DNA of 64,000 bases from Basidiobolus meristosporus CBS 931.73 (GCA_002104905.1 MCFE01000399.1:17366-81365), one strand, 5' to 3'. Numbered from the stretch's first letter, positions 1-17,095 are shown. Notes: generated from the sequence alone by a model not told the origin. Translations and numbers: made by a program.

Positions 1-306
1 ATCAGAATGACTAATAGCACAAGATGCATTTGAATGGCTCCTGAATGTGTCCCATCGCTTAAAGGAGATGCGTTGGTATCGAATTAGTGATCTTGGATTT
101 TGGAGGTTGCCAAATTAGAAATGAACGAGAGATCCCATTGGCCAACTGAAAAAATTATTTTATATTGCCCGACTTTATTGATTTGATTGTATTGAGCAAG
201 CACTTAACATCAAGCGTTCGCCAACTCCTTGATACACAGCTTATTTTCTCTAAGCTCTTGGCTCTTGGTGCATCACGCGATCCCTTTCGCTTTCTGAGTT
301 GTGATT

Positions 307-2578
307 ATGACCAACGAACTGAGTGATAAAGTAACTGTTGTTTTTGCCTCCCAAACTGGCAATGCTGAGTCTATCGCTAGAAATATCTGCGATGAGGCGA
401 TTGCTCGGAACTTTTCCAGCAAGTGCATGGTGGCTGACGACCTTGACAAGGTTCTTACCTTGCCTCTCTCATGGACGATAGCCCGTGCGTGAATATGCTA
501 ACGCTCACTATACTTATAGGCCGCACTAGAGGCTGAGAATGTTTTGATCTTTGTGGTTTCCACAACTGGGGACGGCGACCCACCAGACAATTGTATCAAG
601 TTCTGGAGACAGCTAAGAAAAATGAAGTCGGACAATATTCTCCCCCACGTGCAGTATGCTATCCTAGGTATCAAAATATGGACGAAGGAGTACTTCTTGA
701 TATCACACTAATGCATGACAAAGGTCTAGGCGACACAAACTATGACAACTTCTGCAACACTGCCAAACGGCTTGACCGTAAATTCCAAGAGGTTGGCGCG
801 ACACCTTTCTATCCTAGAGGGTTGGCCGACGATGCAACTGGGTATATAGTATATACAAACATATCGCCGATTCCCTACTAAACTAGTTTCTAGTCTTGAG
901 GAGATTGTGGATCCATGGATCGAAGGGCTATGGGATGCACTCGCTAAGGTTTGCAGCCGAGGAGGCCAGACTGATCGAGTCGACGAAATTGCGAATACCA
1001 TGGATAGTATCAAAGTCGAATCCCACGGGCTCACTGCAGCTGAGACCGAAGAGCTTCAAAGTGGACACAAAATCATGATCAACGAGGGCGCACTAGCGAA
1101 CCTTTCTCAATTGACTGGCTTGCCCCGCATTCCTAACAGTGTATGCAAAATTGCAGATTCTGCAAAAGCTGAAGCTGTGAAAACCGAACATGGAATACCG
1201 GGATATATTAAGGTTCCTGGATCTGTGTTTACGGGAAAGATCAAAGGCGCGCGCATGTTGACCTCTCCTGACGCAATTAAAAGGACCATCCATCTTAGCG
1301 TAGATATCTCCGAATGCAGCAACGAGCTGGAGTATGCTGCTGGTGATGCCTTTGGTATCGTCTGCCCCAACAATGAGCTTCTTGTCAATGGTATCCTTCA
1401 ACGCCTGGGTGTTTCCGAAGAAGAGTCAAATCAGATAGTTGACATTGAGCCACTCACTGAGAGTACCACTCTTCCCACTCATCTTCAAGGCATCCAAGGG
1501 GCAACCATTGCCGATATCTTCAGATATGTCACCGATTTAACTAGTCTTCCCAAAAAGGGTTTCTTGAGAATGCTCGCAGAACATACGAGCGACGAAACTG
1601 AAAAGAAGCTTCTTCTTCTGCTGTCCAGCAAACAAGGTGCTTCGGATTTCAACTCGCTCAAGGAGCAGATGCCCACGTTGCTAGACATTCTTTCCACCTT
1701 TCCTTCTTGCAAGCCTCCGTTGGCTCGTCTGATAGAAAACCTGCCACCTCATCAGCCCAGATATTACTCGGTGTCGAACTCCCCTCTAAAGCACCCCAAG
1801 CTTCTCAACTTCGCTTTCAATATAGTTAAGTACTCCTCTCCAGAACCTTTTAATGTTCCAAAGGTTGGTGTATGTACTCCTTGGCTCGACGACCTCTCGG
1901 GACTTGTGCAAACCAAAGAAGACAACGAAATCCAACCCTCTATGCGCGCATCCATTCCGCTGTTTTTAAAGAAATCCCAAACGCCATTCGTTCTCCCATC
2001 GAATACCAATACTCCAATCATCATGGTTGGGCCAGGCACTGGTGTAGCACCATTTGTTGGATTCTGTCAGCATCGCGATGAACAAAGAAAAATCAAAGCT
2101 CGTATGGGAACTTTGGGCAGAAATCCATCACTCGATATTGAAAATTGCTTCGGGGAGATGTGGCTATTTTACGGATGTAGACACAAAGAAAGAGACTATC
2201 TTTATCGCAAAGAGCTCGAAGACTTGAAGACGCGTGGTGTGCTCAAGGAGCTTGTTGTTTGCTTTAGCAGAGAGGCCGAAGACGGTGAGCCCAAATATGT
2301 CCAGGACAACCTTAGAAAATATGGCGAAGAAATCTACAAGCTTATGGCTGAGAAGAATGCTTACTTTTACCTATGCGGTGATGCGAAGAACATGGCCAAA
2401 GGAGTCAACGAGGCGCTTACAGATATTCTCTGTGAGTATGGGGGTCTGGCTAAAATGGAAGCTATTGGCAAACTTGGCGAGTGGACCGCTGAAGGCAGGA
2501 TTTTCAGAGACCTCGTAAGTTCCCCAAGCATTTAATTTGTTCAACTTGACGTACTGAACTCTTTTCCAGTGGGCGTAG
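307..2578 (+). CDS. MTRR: Methionine synthase reductase (diflavin reductase), multi-exon
   Basis: Spliced flavodoxin domain (ASQTGNAESIA, STTGDGDPPDN, LGLGDTNYDNFCN, ADDATGLEEIVDPWIEGLW), then FAD/NADPH domains (PRYYSVSNS, MVGPGTGVAPF, LFYGCR, YLCGDA). GT-AG introns at about 451-519 and 2515-2569 give a C-terminal RDLWA*. The N-terminal motifs match MTRR better than CPR or NDOR1. Confidence 0.85.
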
Positions 2579-3299
2579 AATCTCGTATCCAGGTAGAGGT
2601 GGCGAATGAGCAGACGCTCTTTTTGCATAGAGCATGGTATCATAACCGAACAGCATGCATACGAAGTATATTTATAACGATCAATCCACATTTCAGTGCA
2701 AGTTTACCACACCAGCATCAATTGAATAAATCAGCGACATTCTGTTTAACCACGGCTGTATAGCTTGAATACATTTGATGTGAGCGTCTCCAAAGCCCAT
2801 ATCTATCTCTTGATCGTTGCCCCAGTGATATTGACCTCATCGGTTTGATATTTGTATAGAATGAGTCTTCCTACATCTGATTCGTGGGAATATTCACTCT
2901 TGCTTAATGCTAAATCTCGACTGTGCCAACCAATGCTGTTCTGGTTACCATCGGTATTCAACATTTCTATGACCTCATTACCGTTGATCCTGATCTGTGA
3001 TGTTACCGTATTTTGTCTGGCCAATCAAGCACTGAGGGCTTTTCGAGAATTGAAATATATCTTATCTATATGAGGTAGCTGGGACTGTCACGAGAGTCAT
3101 TGATTGCATGATCCTGGAGATTAGTTCTAATATGGAATTTTTCTTTTTCCACAACGTCGAATTTTTTATCGAGTACAACTCATATTTCGGCAACCTGTCC
3201 TTGACCATTACCATCCGTACTTTGCTCGCTAATTTTCGAGGCTGTAGATAATTTACACCTTGATTTTCTTTCTATTCTATATCCGCACATATCGAGGTA

Positions 3300-4866
3300 A
3301 TGTCGCACTTAGCCCCCAAAAATCTCTTGAAGAAAGCAGTCAAGAGTTCCAGTCGCGCCTCCAGCAGAGCCTCCAGTCGTGCTACTACACCAGCTGGCAG
3401 CCGCCACGCTTCCGATTTTGAAGACGACGGATTTTCAGAGGCCTCGGACTCTACTTTAGATTCCCTTGCAAGCTTTCAGGATGATCTAACTATCATCGAC
3501 TATGGTGACGAATTAAAAAGAAGCATTGAAGAACTATCGGAGAAACGAACCTCGTAATCAGCCTAAGCTCTTACATCTTTCCGAACTTTTCTAAATTGAC
3601 GTACCCTAGCACGCGCGAAGCTGCCCTGTTAAGACTCGCCAAACTTCTGAGTCACAAATACTTGGAGGAGGATCTACTCCTACAGCGTAGTACCATTTTA
3701 GATGCTCTTAGAAAATGCGTTAAAAAATCCGGCAGTATTCAGGAGAAGATATTATCTGTCAAAGGTATTTCATACTTTTATTGGAAGTCTATTAATAGCC
3801 TCTAACTTGATTTGTGCAATAACAGTTGTCGCCCTTTGCTTTATTACTCTTGGCGCGGATGAGGAGAGCGCGTATAAGGAGTTTGCACCTATCTTGAAGA
3901 CTATCGTCTCTAATGTCACGGACGGTGACATCCTATCTGCAGTAAGTAGCACCTGTCAGGGTGCTCTTTGAAGCATATTAACAATGCTTTGCTAGGTGAT
4001 CAATTGTCTGGCGATGATATGCTTTGTTTCCAGCTCAGATGAGCAAGAGACACTTTTGCTTATGGACATGTTTACCACAGTTTTTAAAGATTCGCGTCAA
4101 ATGCCTCAAGCTGTAGTGAGTGCTGTTAATGCGCATGGCTTATTGTTCACTACCCTTGATGGGCCACGTATTACCCGTGATATCTTTGACAGGTGCGTAT
4201 TTCTGTTTAACATTCCGCCTTTTTCAGTCACTAATCAGGTCATTTAGTACGATGCCAATCTTGACCCGTTTACTTGAGTCCTCATCCATGGAGCTGCGTG
4301 TTGCTAGTGGAGAAAACATCGCCATGATGATTGAGGTCCTGAGTAGCGACCCAGTAAGTAGCATTATGGTGATACTGACCACTCCATTAGTTGTATGAAC
4401 TCAAATACTTTGACAGGATTCGCCGTTTAGATACGACAGAATGGATAATCTCCTCATTTCATTGAACATGCTAGCTACCGATAGCAGTAAACGCCGTTCT
4501 AAGAAGGATCGTTCCACTCAAAGGTCCGCGTTTCGAGATATCGTGAATTCGATCGAGGAAGACGAGGCTCCCGAGGTAAAGCTTAAATTCCACGGAGAGG
4601 TAATTACCTTTAACGGCTGGAGCGAAATTAAACAGCTCAACGCTTTCCGTGAAGCGCTTGCCGAAGGGCTTCATGTACATTTCCAATACAACGAGCTTCT
4701 ACACGATATTTTCCAAGTTTCGTTCTCACCAGATATGGATAGCGAAGACTATCGTCCCCCTAGCTATGTCGTATCACAGAATTCGGAGATTTCTAAGCAG
4801 AGATCCCAAGACAAGAATAGACAGCGCCAACAGCGTAGTAGACACATCGGGCTTTATGAAGATTAG
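3300..4866 (+). CDS. IFRD1: Interferon-related developmental regulator (IFRD) family protein, multi-exon
   Basis: Helical-repeat exons, ending in the IFRD C-terminal motif RSKKDRSTQRSAFRDIV...W....QLNAFREALAEGLHVHFQYNELLHDIF. Confidence 0.8.
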
Positions 4867-5131
4867 ATATCTCCTCGGCATCGCACACTGATTCCTGGAC
4901 ATACTCATGGTTAATGTCCATTTTTGATGTGCAAACCGTTGACATCCCATTCTAAGCTCTCTCTTTCCCCTGCGTTTGTTCATAAAATAAATATTGTAAG
5001 TAGATCTGATGCGTGAGTAGCACAACACTGGTTGACTCGGAAGCTTGCTTGTATCACAAAATGGATGATTTATTGAATGTGTTGATGGTGGAAAGGGATT
5101 TTACATAGATGCATATATCAATGTGAAGAGG

Positions 5132-5549
5132 CTAGTGAGCATCCTCACGCTTGCTAATGTAATCTATGGCATGGCTGACTGTCTTGATCTCGTCGGCGTC
5201 TTTGTCGGGGATTTCAACAGAGAATTCTTCTTCAATAGCCATAACAACCTCGACAGTATCAAGGCTATCAAGACCAAGGTCCTTGTTGAAGTGGGATTGG
5301 GCGTTCAACTAAACAAACCGGTCAATAGAGAATACTACCAAACAGAATGCCAATAGAGGTTACCTTGCTTTGATCAACTTTGTCGTAACCTCTCAAAACA
5401 TCCAAGATTCTGCTCTCGATATCGGAGTGAGAAAGGGCGCCTGCGGAGTAGAAGCGAGAAAAACCATAGATTGTGGGGTAGGCAGTTCTAATGGCGTTAG
5501 AAGCCACAAGGGAGCGAGCAACAGGGCGGAGAGCGGTAAATCCAAGCAT
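5132..5549 (-). CDS. ACP1: Mitochondrial acyl carrier protein, 2 exons
   Basis: Presequence-like N-terminus; second exon encodes [36 protein letters not shown], containing the phosphopantetheine site DSLD. Confidence 0.92.
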
Positions 5550-6490
5550 GATTTAGAACAAGGTGAGAGGTGAAACAAGCGTTGGCCCAATTCCTTCCTC
5601 TTGCACATAAATCCCTCCCCCGCTCAAAAATTTGATTATCTCCAGGTTTTTTGGGGAATTGGTGTGCTCGCCTCTGATTTGACCATTTTGCGATCACCCA
5701 TTTGAGATTATCACCCCGCATTGTGCAGACATGTAATCATTACTCATATAGCCAACTGATCCTATAGGTTTAAACGTCGCTTGCCTTAACCAGGATGCCG
5801 AGTTTATCAATCAATGCTCAACACAGATTGCTGACACTACCGTTATGTAGATGGCATCAATCTCGTTTTCAGTCTGGCTGGATACTGTTGTCTTCGCCCA
5901 TGCCCTTCTGTCCGTGATGGTCAAGGGTTACACCAACGAACAACCTCTTTTGATGACATGAGGGTGAACGTAATCTACCAATGCTAGTGGGATTAGTATG
6001 ATTTCTTGGAAATGGATTAAACTTTTGACTGGCGTTTGAATTCCATCATTAATCTGGCGAAAATATCAGATTTTGCCTAGTCGATACAGTATAGCACAAT
6101 GCCCTAGCATAGAGTGCTACAAGCATCCCTTATATCACCACCCGTGTTCCCTCTTTCCTCCCTTTTAAGACTCCCTTCCACGTCCAGGCAAACAGTTAAT
6201 CTCTTCTAAAGCGCAAGTCCACTATACAAAGGTAAAGAATGGTTGAGCCTCGGCACTAGCAATGCGCATGTTCCCGCTAACTCTTCATTCTCATATACGT
6301 GCCGCGACCGCATTAGGTGGCCTTTCTTACCTTTTTAGTCAAGTATATGCGATTTAAGTTGCTTTCACTCAACTAGGTGAGAATAGTTTTCTTATTTGGG
6401 GTTTTGACTCGTAGTAGAGGTTAGACGGGGATTTTGGTTTGAGCTAATATTCGCGACCAATTCCATTTCTACATAGAACCACTTGAAGCA

Positions 6491-8864
6491 ATGAACGACA
6501 AAGATAATCTCCTACACGGATATAATGGCTATTCTAGTCATCACATGCAGTCCCAATTCCTCTACAACAATGGCAGCCCAATTCGTTCCTCGAACCATAC
6601 CCCTTCGCCTTCCACCTCCCCAAGTCCAGCATTCAATTCGTATAACGGTTCTAGCCAGCTATATTCTGGCATGCTTCCAAGATACCCTGGCCAAATAAGT
6701 CTATCCCAAAATTCGCTACTCAATCCTGGCATATCTTTGAATCAGCATTCTCAAACTCTGAACTCCCAAGCCTCCAGTGCTAATAGCGTGTTGAATATGG
6801 TGTCATCATTGCCAACACCAACTACTGCGCACCACCAGCAACAAGTTAATTATCTTCAAATTTCGCGCCAGTCCTCCAGCCCTCACCATCATGCGCGAAC
6901 TGCAGCGGCGTTATCTCGTTCCACTGCACACAGTAATCCCATCACCATCGCCGATCCAAACAACCCTTCCGTCGCGATAAACGGATTAACCAGAAGAGCG
7001 CAAGATAAGCGAGCCAACAAAAATGGTCCACAATGGACAGCGCTAGATATTGGAGGAATGGGGCTAAAGAACCTAAGTCTTGAACTGTTCAGTTATCAAT
7101 TCCTGACTACTCTATACTTGAATCACAACAATCTTACCTTCTTGACTCCGGAAATTCGTCGGCTGAGAAGCCTCACGCATCTGGACATCTCGGGAAACAA
7201 GTTGACCTCCATTCCGGCAGAACTCGGGTTCTTGATTAATTTAAAAGAGTTGTTTATGTTTGACAATCTATTAGAAACCTTACCACCACAGCTTGGTACT
7301 TTGTATCAATTAGAAAATCTGGGTTTAGAAGGGAACCCCATTAAAGAACCATTCATGTCAATCTTGTACAAGGATGGTATCTCTGAACTAATTGCCTATC
7401 TACGAGACAACTGCCCAGGTATGGTGGCCTTTTTGAAAGCTTCCGGAATCATTCGGATCAATAACACTTCACCTTACAGCTCCTCCTCCGCCCCCGGAAA
7501 GAGAATGGCTTGCCTTTGAAAGTGAGAGAAGTGAAGCTGCTGAGCAAGAAAGTAATAGTAAGCGGTCCCATACAGACTCACGGCAAATCTGGAGCTAATG
7601 CTTGCATGTTATCTTCCCCTTAGGCATGTTTACTGTTTTGACATATAACATATTAAGTGAGAAGTATGCTACTTCCCAGCAATACGGTTATACTCCTTCA
7701 TGGGCTCTTGAGTGGGAATACAGAAAGGATCTGATATTACAGGAGATTCTCTCTTACAGCCCGGATATCCTATGTCTACAGGCAAGTAGTTAGGATTATG
7801 TACAGATACTGGGGTTACATAGAAGTAACATTGCGCAAATCTAGGAAGTTGAGGCTTCTCAATACGAAGAGTTCTTCCGCGATCAATTAAAGCAAGCGGA
7901 TTATGATAGCGTATTCTGGGTCAAGAGCAGAGCCAAGACTATGAGCGAGTGGGAGCGGAGATCTGTTGACGGTTGTGCGACATTCTTCAAGTCTTCGATG
8001 TGAGTGCGCGGATACATAGAGCTTAAGGCGTATCGTACTGAATTTGTATCCTCCCTAGGTTCAGCCTTCTGGACAAGCAGATTGTCGAGTTCACCCAAGT
8101 GGCCATGAAACACCCCAATTTCGAAAAAACCGAAGACTTTTTCAATCGATTCATGACCAAAGATAACATATCCGGTTTGGCATTATTGGAAACGAAAGAA
8201 ACCAAGCAACAACTACTAGTGGCGAACGCACATATCCATTGGGATCCGGCATTCTCCGATGTCAAGTTAATCCAGGTCGGCATGCTTATGAACGAGGTTA
8301 CTCGGTGCGGAAATGAGTGGATCAAAAGATACCGTCTGGCCTACAAGGATATCAGCAAACTTCCCATTCTCCTCTGTGGCGATTTCAATTCTCTGCCTAC
8401 TTCTGGCGTGTATGAATTTTTGTCCAGAGGGTCGGTCACTTCTGAACACGAAGATTTAGTTGAGCATAATTACGGCCTATTCACTTCTAAAGGGTTGTCC
8501 CACGATGTCCCACTTCGTAGTGCCTACTCGCAGATCGGAGAGCTGCCATTCACGAACTTCACAGCGCATTTTACTGGTGCCATTGACTATATATGGCACA
8601 GCACTGGAATGTTAACCGTCAACGGACTGTTAGGCGGACCGGATGGAGAATACATCTCAAGAAATGTCGGCTTTCCAAATGCCCATAACCCCTCCGAGTA
8701 AGTATATTTTCGCTGATCTGATAATGTAGATGTAGATGTATATACATACGGAGGGACTAATATGCTTTCTTATCAGTCACATATGCCTGCTTGCTGAGAT
8801 CAAGTTCAAGTCACCTCCAGCAGGTCCCACCTATCCCCAATTTCGAAAGCCCACCAACAAATGA
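6491..8864 (+). CDS. CCR4: CCR4-NOT deadenylase subunit (LRR plus EEP nuclease), multi-exon
   Basis: [15 protein letters not shown] followed by LRR repeats; EEP motifs [45 protein letters not shown]-type terminus. Confidence 0.93.
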
Positions 8865-9484
8865 TTACAATAGAGCACACTTTAATTTACTCGGTCTTTC
8901 ATGGTAAGACTCCCTTGTTGATTCCAGAGAGTTTGAAGGAAACGGTTCACCTGTCTTATAGGCCACGAGATATACTATAACTCCATGTGATCCGACATTC
9001 AATGACTTCAAATCAGCTATATTCCTAATATTTATCAGCATTTGTTGCTTCGGATTTGCTTCACTTTCTTTTCAATCAATGCCTTCGTTTAGCTTGTCCC
9101 TCTATTCAGTTCCCTCATTTATTATCCACCCCCTGTCTTCCTTCCCTGGTGTAAATAAGCATTGTAGTTTCAAGCTAGTCCAGCCTTCATCGATTAAAAG
9201 AACTGAACGTGCGAAACTTCCCATGTTTGGTGAAAGACAAATACCGCATGGCTACAATAAGGGTATGTTGCTAGACAGGGTCTTCAATAATAATATGCAT
9301 GTAACGCACTTGCTCGAACCAATGCCATGGATGTTTTGGGCTGGACACGTTGTTCCTCGGAGATGTACTTGAAGCCATTGAGATGTAGCTTTATTTGATT
9401 TTAAAGGTATACGGGCTAGATATTAGGCCATGGTGGATAACGCTGGGGGAATGGTCAGCTAGGAGCAAGCGACACAGATGATCT

Positions 9485-12019
<2,535 letters not shown>

Positions 12020-13455
12020 CTCTTCAGTGGCTACGACAAGGATTTGTGTTGTCTTTTGGAGTTACAGCAAGAAACAAGGGATATCAGTCACAACTCGGTG
12101 TACTTGCGTTGGGACACGGAGGATGCTCAACAAAGGGGAAATACAATGAAGAGCCAAGTCAGGGTGGAGAATAAGACGGTCACGCAATGGCCAACAATTT
12201 TTAATTACCGGCTAGTTGTGACGGTGATAGATACGTTATCAGTCAATTTAGTATACTTCAATCTATTCAAAGTTGCCAAATCATTAAGGATGCCATGCCA
12301 ACTAAGCCCTCCTCCCTCCGTCCATGACGAGGATGGAAAGGATTGGTTCATTGTTAGATTGGTACCCTAGCATCACTACCACCGAACCTGATACGATCAG
12401 AGGTCAGCATGTACTTCATCCCCCCTAACTTCATTCTCAAGGTTTTACTTTTTTGGTGAATGGTAAAACCCAGCCTGAATGCATCCTAATCTCTGAGACT
12501 ATTCATACTAAATGTGTTTATTTTCTTGGCTTTCTTTGCAATTAGAGTGTACGTCTATGGTGTGGATTAAAACGCCCAGCAAGGTTCCAAGAGTTTGCAC
12601 GATGCTTTAGCATATCACATCCTCAACTGTATCTTCCAGGTGGCACCTTGGATCCTGCTTACCGCTAAGGTGTGTCTTCGATTGCTGAGCACTCATTACA
12701 GCTTCCTCTCGAACAGACTTCCTGTACGTCAGTGAGTGAGAGCATTGCCTAATGGGCCCATGTTAGAATGTGGGGGGATGAGAGGGCTGAAGGTTTGGGC
12801 CTGAGCCAGCAGAACCTCTGAAGCCTTTCCATAATAAACTCACTGACGAATGAGTCTTTCAAGTCACAACTCACAAGGATATATGCCTGAGATTACGAGG
12901 CTGGGAGACAGGCAGATGACGTTCTGGGTTGCGATGCCTGCTTGATTGGCTGTATAATCTGAGATGAAGCGATCCACATCGTAGTCGTGATTGTGCAACC
13001 TGATGCACTACGTCACATCAACTAGCAGTCTGGAGTGAACTTCAACAATGGCATTACAATTTTGGGCTGCGGCAAGTGGGATTGGCATGGTGACATACGA
13101 TCATCGCTACCTGCCAGTGTTCCGATGTAGCAAACAGCTCACCTGCAACACATTCGGTGGTGATCAACCTCCAGCCATATCACAACAGAATACGAAGTGA
13201 CATGCTCACACCATCTGCTCGAACCCAAATTATTGCTTATTGTGGTCGGAATATACTCTCACTCCGCCTGTAGGCCGAAGTAACCACCAATTTTATTTTA
13301 ACCTTATATAGTTACTAGCTATGATTAGTGCCCTAAAATACGATCAAAGATTCAAGTGTAGTGATGCTCGTATTGAAGGAAAATATACGGATAAAATTAC
13401 AAGGCCGTCTGCATACCGTTAGATCATTGAATACAACTTCGCTCAACTAGGCGCT

Positions 13456-14334
13456 TCAAGAATCTTCGAACTCTGCAGTCATGAAGTTGTTGATACGAGG
13501 GTAATTCGCCTTTTCGTCAAGTTGGTTTTGAGCCCAGACCAACATCTTCAATAGTCCGGGAAGCTTGGGGTCTTTGTCTTGACTTTGTGAGGTTAGAATT
13601 GCCGCGTTCAGCTCACTGGCTGTTTTCTGGCGGTGAGTGTGATCCAAAAGCTCGCCAACCGGAGATTTTCCGAGGTCTTCAAATGCAAGTAAGGCCATGG
13701 TTTGCTCAAGCTCCTGCAACATCTCGGGATTCTCCTCGCCACGTGGGGCCAATTCCTCTTGTGCGAATTCTAGTGCCTCATCGATATTTCCTTTACGAAT
13801 GAGTTCAATCAAACGTTGTTGTTGCAAATGGAAAAAAAGTCTTGGATTGGTGTCTAAAATCTAGGAGGCATCGATTATGCAAAACATTAATTTCGAAACA
13901 AGATGCTAGTTACTTGTGCATGCTTCAGTGCTATTGCTACAAACCTCAGGGTCCAGATCATTAACTCTTTCAATTGCCTCCCCAATATCACCAGTGTGTA
14001 CGGCATTGCGTATATTCATTCGGTCCTCAATCGAGGCGAGATCGATGTTCGGAGAGAGCCCACATTCTTGGCTGAATTTCTCTGCCGCATCTTTATAACC
14101 TTCTATGACCAGGTAATTCATGACAAGTTTATTCAAATCGCTGTTAACGAGCATTTTAGATAAGTATTTGAAAAATCTATAACCTGCAATGAATTTTACT
14201 TACTGTTTGTTCACTTGGACTTTGCTCAGTCTTTCTGACCATTCATCCTTGGAGATGGTTTGCTTATTATTGGAGGTGGTCTATGGAAAAAGATTAGCTT
14301 GTTATGAGGCAATGAAAGGTTTAAGTAGTACCAT
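13456..14334 (-). CDS. GID8: GID/CTLH complex subunit Gid8/Twa1 (LisH-CTLH-CRA), multi-exon
   Basis: ISKDEWSERL, DLNKLVMNYLVIEGYKDAAEKF (LisH), LQQQRLIELIRKG, ELEQTMALLAF, ASELNAAIL, LVWAQNQL. Confidence 0.92.
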
Positions 14335-14847
14335 TGCAGGAGTAGTCGTCAGTGAAGTCTAGGCGGTATAGAGTAGTATAAGTAGGGGAAATCTCTCAAT
14401 GGGCTGTAGCATTTAGAGTTGATTAAATTTATGAACAAATCATACTCGTTAGCGAAGCTTGTAGGAATTCCGCTAACGCAATCAAATATACATCATTTGA
14501 ACAAGTCGTAATAGTAGAGCAGAGGATTTCGAAGCCAATCGCAACCAATAAAAATATCGCATGGGAGAACTAATGCAGTGTCAATCATGATAACTAACCA
14601 GAATTTGATGGGTTTGTGAAAACCGAGATAGTGTATGTGCATTCATATAAACTTGAACCTCTATGAAAATATTCAATTAACTAGAGTTAAGTTTAAATAT
14701 TTGATGAACTTCGCCAAAGCCGATTTTCAAGAAAACTTTCATTGTTAGTATTCCCACAAGTGCGTCGACCTCTGATACTAAGAACTCGCCTTGTGTGTAA
14801 CATTGGCCATTTAATACACGAAACCAAAGAGGCAGTGAACGGGTTTT

Positions 14848-16859
14848 ATGGCTCCAAAAAGAAAGAACTACACCAACTTGCCTGATGAGCAGGAGGCATC
14901 ATCATCAACAGCTATTCCACAAATGACACAACCTGACGATGCATCAACGCCCTATTATAGGCGTTCTGGAAGTAGACAACCTGTTTCTGAGCTCCCTTCT
15001 CGCGTGGATGAAGAAATTGAGGCTGTATGGGTTGAAACCGAAGCCAACACTATGCAGACGTTTGAATTCGAAGACAACGAGAACTCGAGGCGTAGCGCCA
15101 TGAGTATAGCCGCAGATTTCATGAAGGTAAATTATCCAGCTAGTTTCCGTGATCCTCTAGGAGATTAAGCTCACATCTACTCTAAACAGGATGGGCTGAA
15201 AAAGAAACTCTATTTATTGCTTGAAGATCCCTCTTCTTCTCCAGCTGCGTTTGTAGTGAACGTTTTCGTGTCGTTTATGATCGTCTTAAGTACTGTTGTC
15301 TCTACGGTCGAAACCATTCCAGCATTTCACTATGCCGGAACCTCATTATGGTACTGGTTTCCTGACTGTGAAGTCACCTCAATACTACAGCCATTCACAC
15401 GCTTCTAGGTTTAATTTCGAGACTACAATCGTGTTTCTTTTTACTGTGGAGTATCTATTAAGATTTTACGCCCATTCCGACTCTCGAGAGCAGTTGTTTA
15501 AGTTTGTCATAGGTAGTTTAACAGGTATGCTTTCAACGAATGATTCTAACGCGAAGCTATAGCACCGCTTTCAATCATCGATGTTGTTGCAATTGCACCC
15601 TACTACGTTGAACTGGTCCTCAAACGAGATACGGTAAAAAATATATTGGTGCTACTATCTAGATCGAAGTATTGTTACCTAAACGTCGATATTTTAGTCC
15701 TACGAATTTCGTTTTACCATCCTGCGTTTGTTTCGTTTGTTCCGGGCTTTTCGCGTATTTAAATACTCCTCTCTTATCCAGGTAACCTTGTAGCTGTCTA
15801 ACCCATTAGGGCCCATGTTAACGATTTTATATTGTCAAGCTTTCCATCGAAGTCATGATTATTGCCATGAAGAAGAGCTCGGATGCTTTATACGCACTTT
15901 TCCTCTTCTTCATGCTGACAATTATCGTCTTCTCGAGTCTGCTCTATTTTGTTGAAAGAGGTAGGAAATGCTGCCAGAGGGGATTTTTCGTCTACTAATC
16001 GCGCGTGATAGGTGTCTGGGATGAGGAGAAAGAGATGTTTGTTACTCCTAGCGGTGGGCCAAGGTATTAGAGACTAGGCTGTTGGCGTGACATGGCGTGT
16101 ACTGACCATGTTTCTACAGCAAATTTGATAGCATTCCTGCCTCATTTTGGTATGTTATAGTGACCTTGACCACCACTGGATATGGTAAGTTACGATAGTA
16201 TCCACTAATTCAGTGGGCAGTACTTAACCATGAGGCTATATAGGTGACATGGTTCCGGAAACCTTTATCGGCAAGCTCATCTCTTTTCCCATTATGATGT
16301 GTGGTATTCTGGTACGCCCAAGCATTTGACGATAACCCTCGACTCATGTTAACGCCACACTCTCATAGCTTATTGCTCTTCCGTCTATCATTGTTGGTAG
16401 ACATTTTACTGTTGTCTGGGACTACACCAAAAGACATAGGCCAAACCAAAGAGTGAGCTAGTTTTTGTTAAATTCGCTGCTAGTGAATTTACTTATCTAG
16501 ATTGGTATAGCTTCCTAATGCCGAAGATAACCAGGAGCAAGATCCGTTGGGTCCGGTAGGAAGATACTCCAGTAAGTTTACGTTGCGGTCTTTTATGTAG
16601 ATGTGCTATTTAACAAGACTCGCTAGTCTCCGATCTCTCACGAATGGACGCCTTTCGTACCATTACTCCGGATCCTCTGGACGCGAATCGTGATTACGCT
16701 ATGCTAAATAACGATAATCAAAATCGTGAGTTAGGTGACCAAGTACAAGCCTTGATGGAAGTACAGAAGTCAAATCAACTTATGATCAAAAAAATCCTTA
16801 AGCTCTTGGAAAACCAAAACATAGCAAACGACGAAGATCTAAACCTAAAAAATGACTAG
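14848..16859 (+). CDS. Voltage-gated K+ channel (Kv-like, six transmembrane segments, no evident T1 domain), multi-exon
   Basis: [11 protein letters not shown] before S1; S4 [15 protein letters not shown] (about 15720-15765); pore [23 protein letters not shown]; S6 [11 protein letters not shown]. Confidence 0.9.
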
Positions 16860-17095
16860 TGAAGCCATACCTTTGTACAATTCTTCATCATATTTTATTC
16901 TTTTCTTTCCATTATAGATGCTTTTGAACTTAAATAAAATAGCCCATAGCACTGGCCTCCACGCGTATCTTTCGAACAGTGCGTTGTAGCAACATGGTGT
17001 TATTGGTATTACAGCTGAATAATTTTTAAAACTAGTTTTATGTAAAATGTATGTGGATGCAAAGGAGACTTGAGTGGGGTGATGGAGGATTTCAC

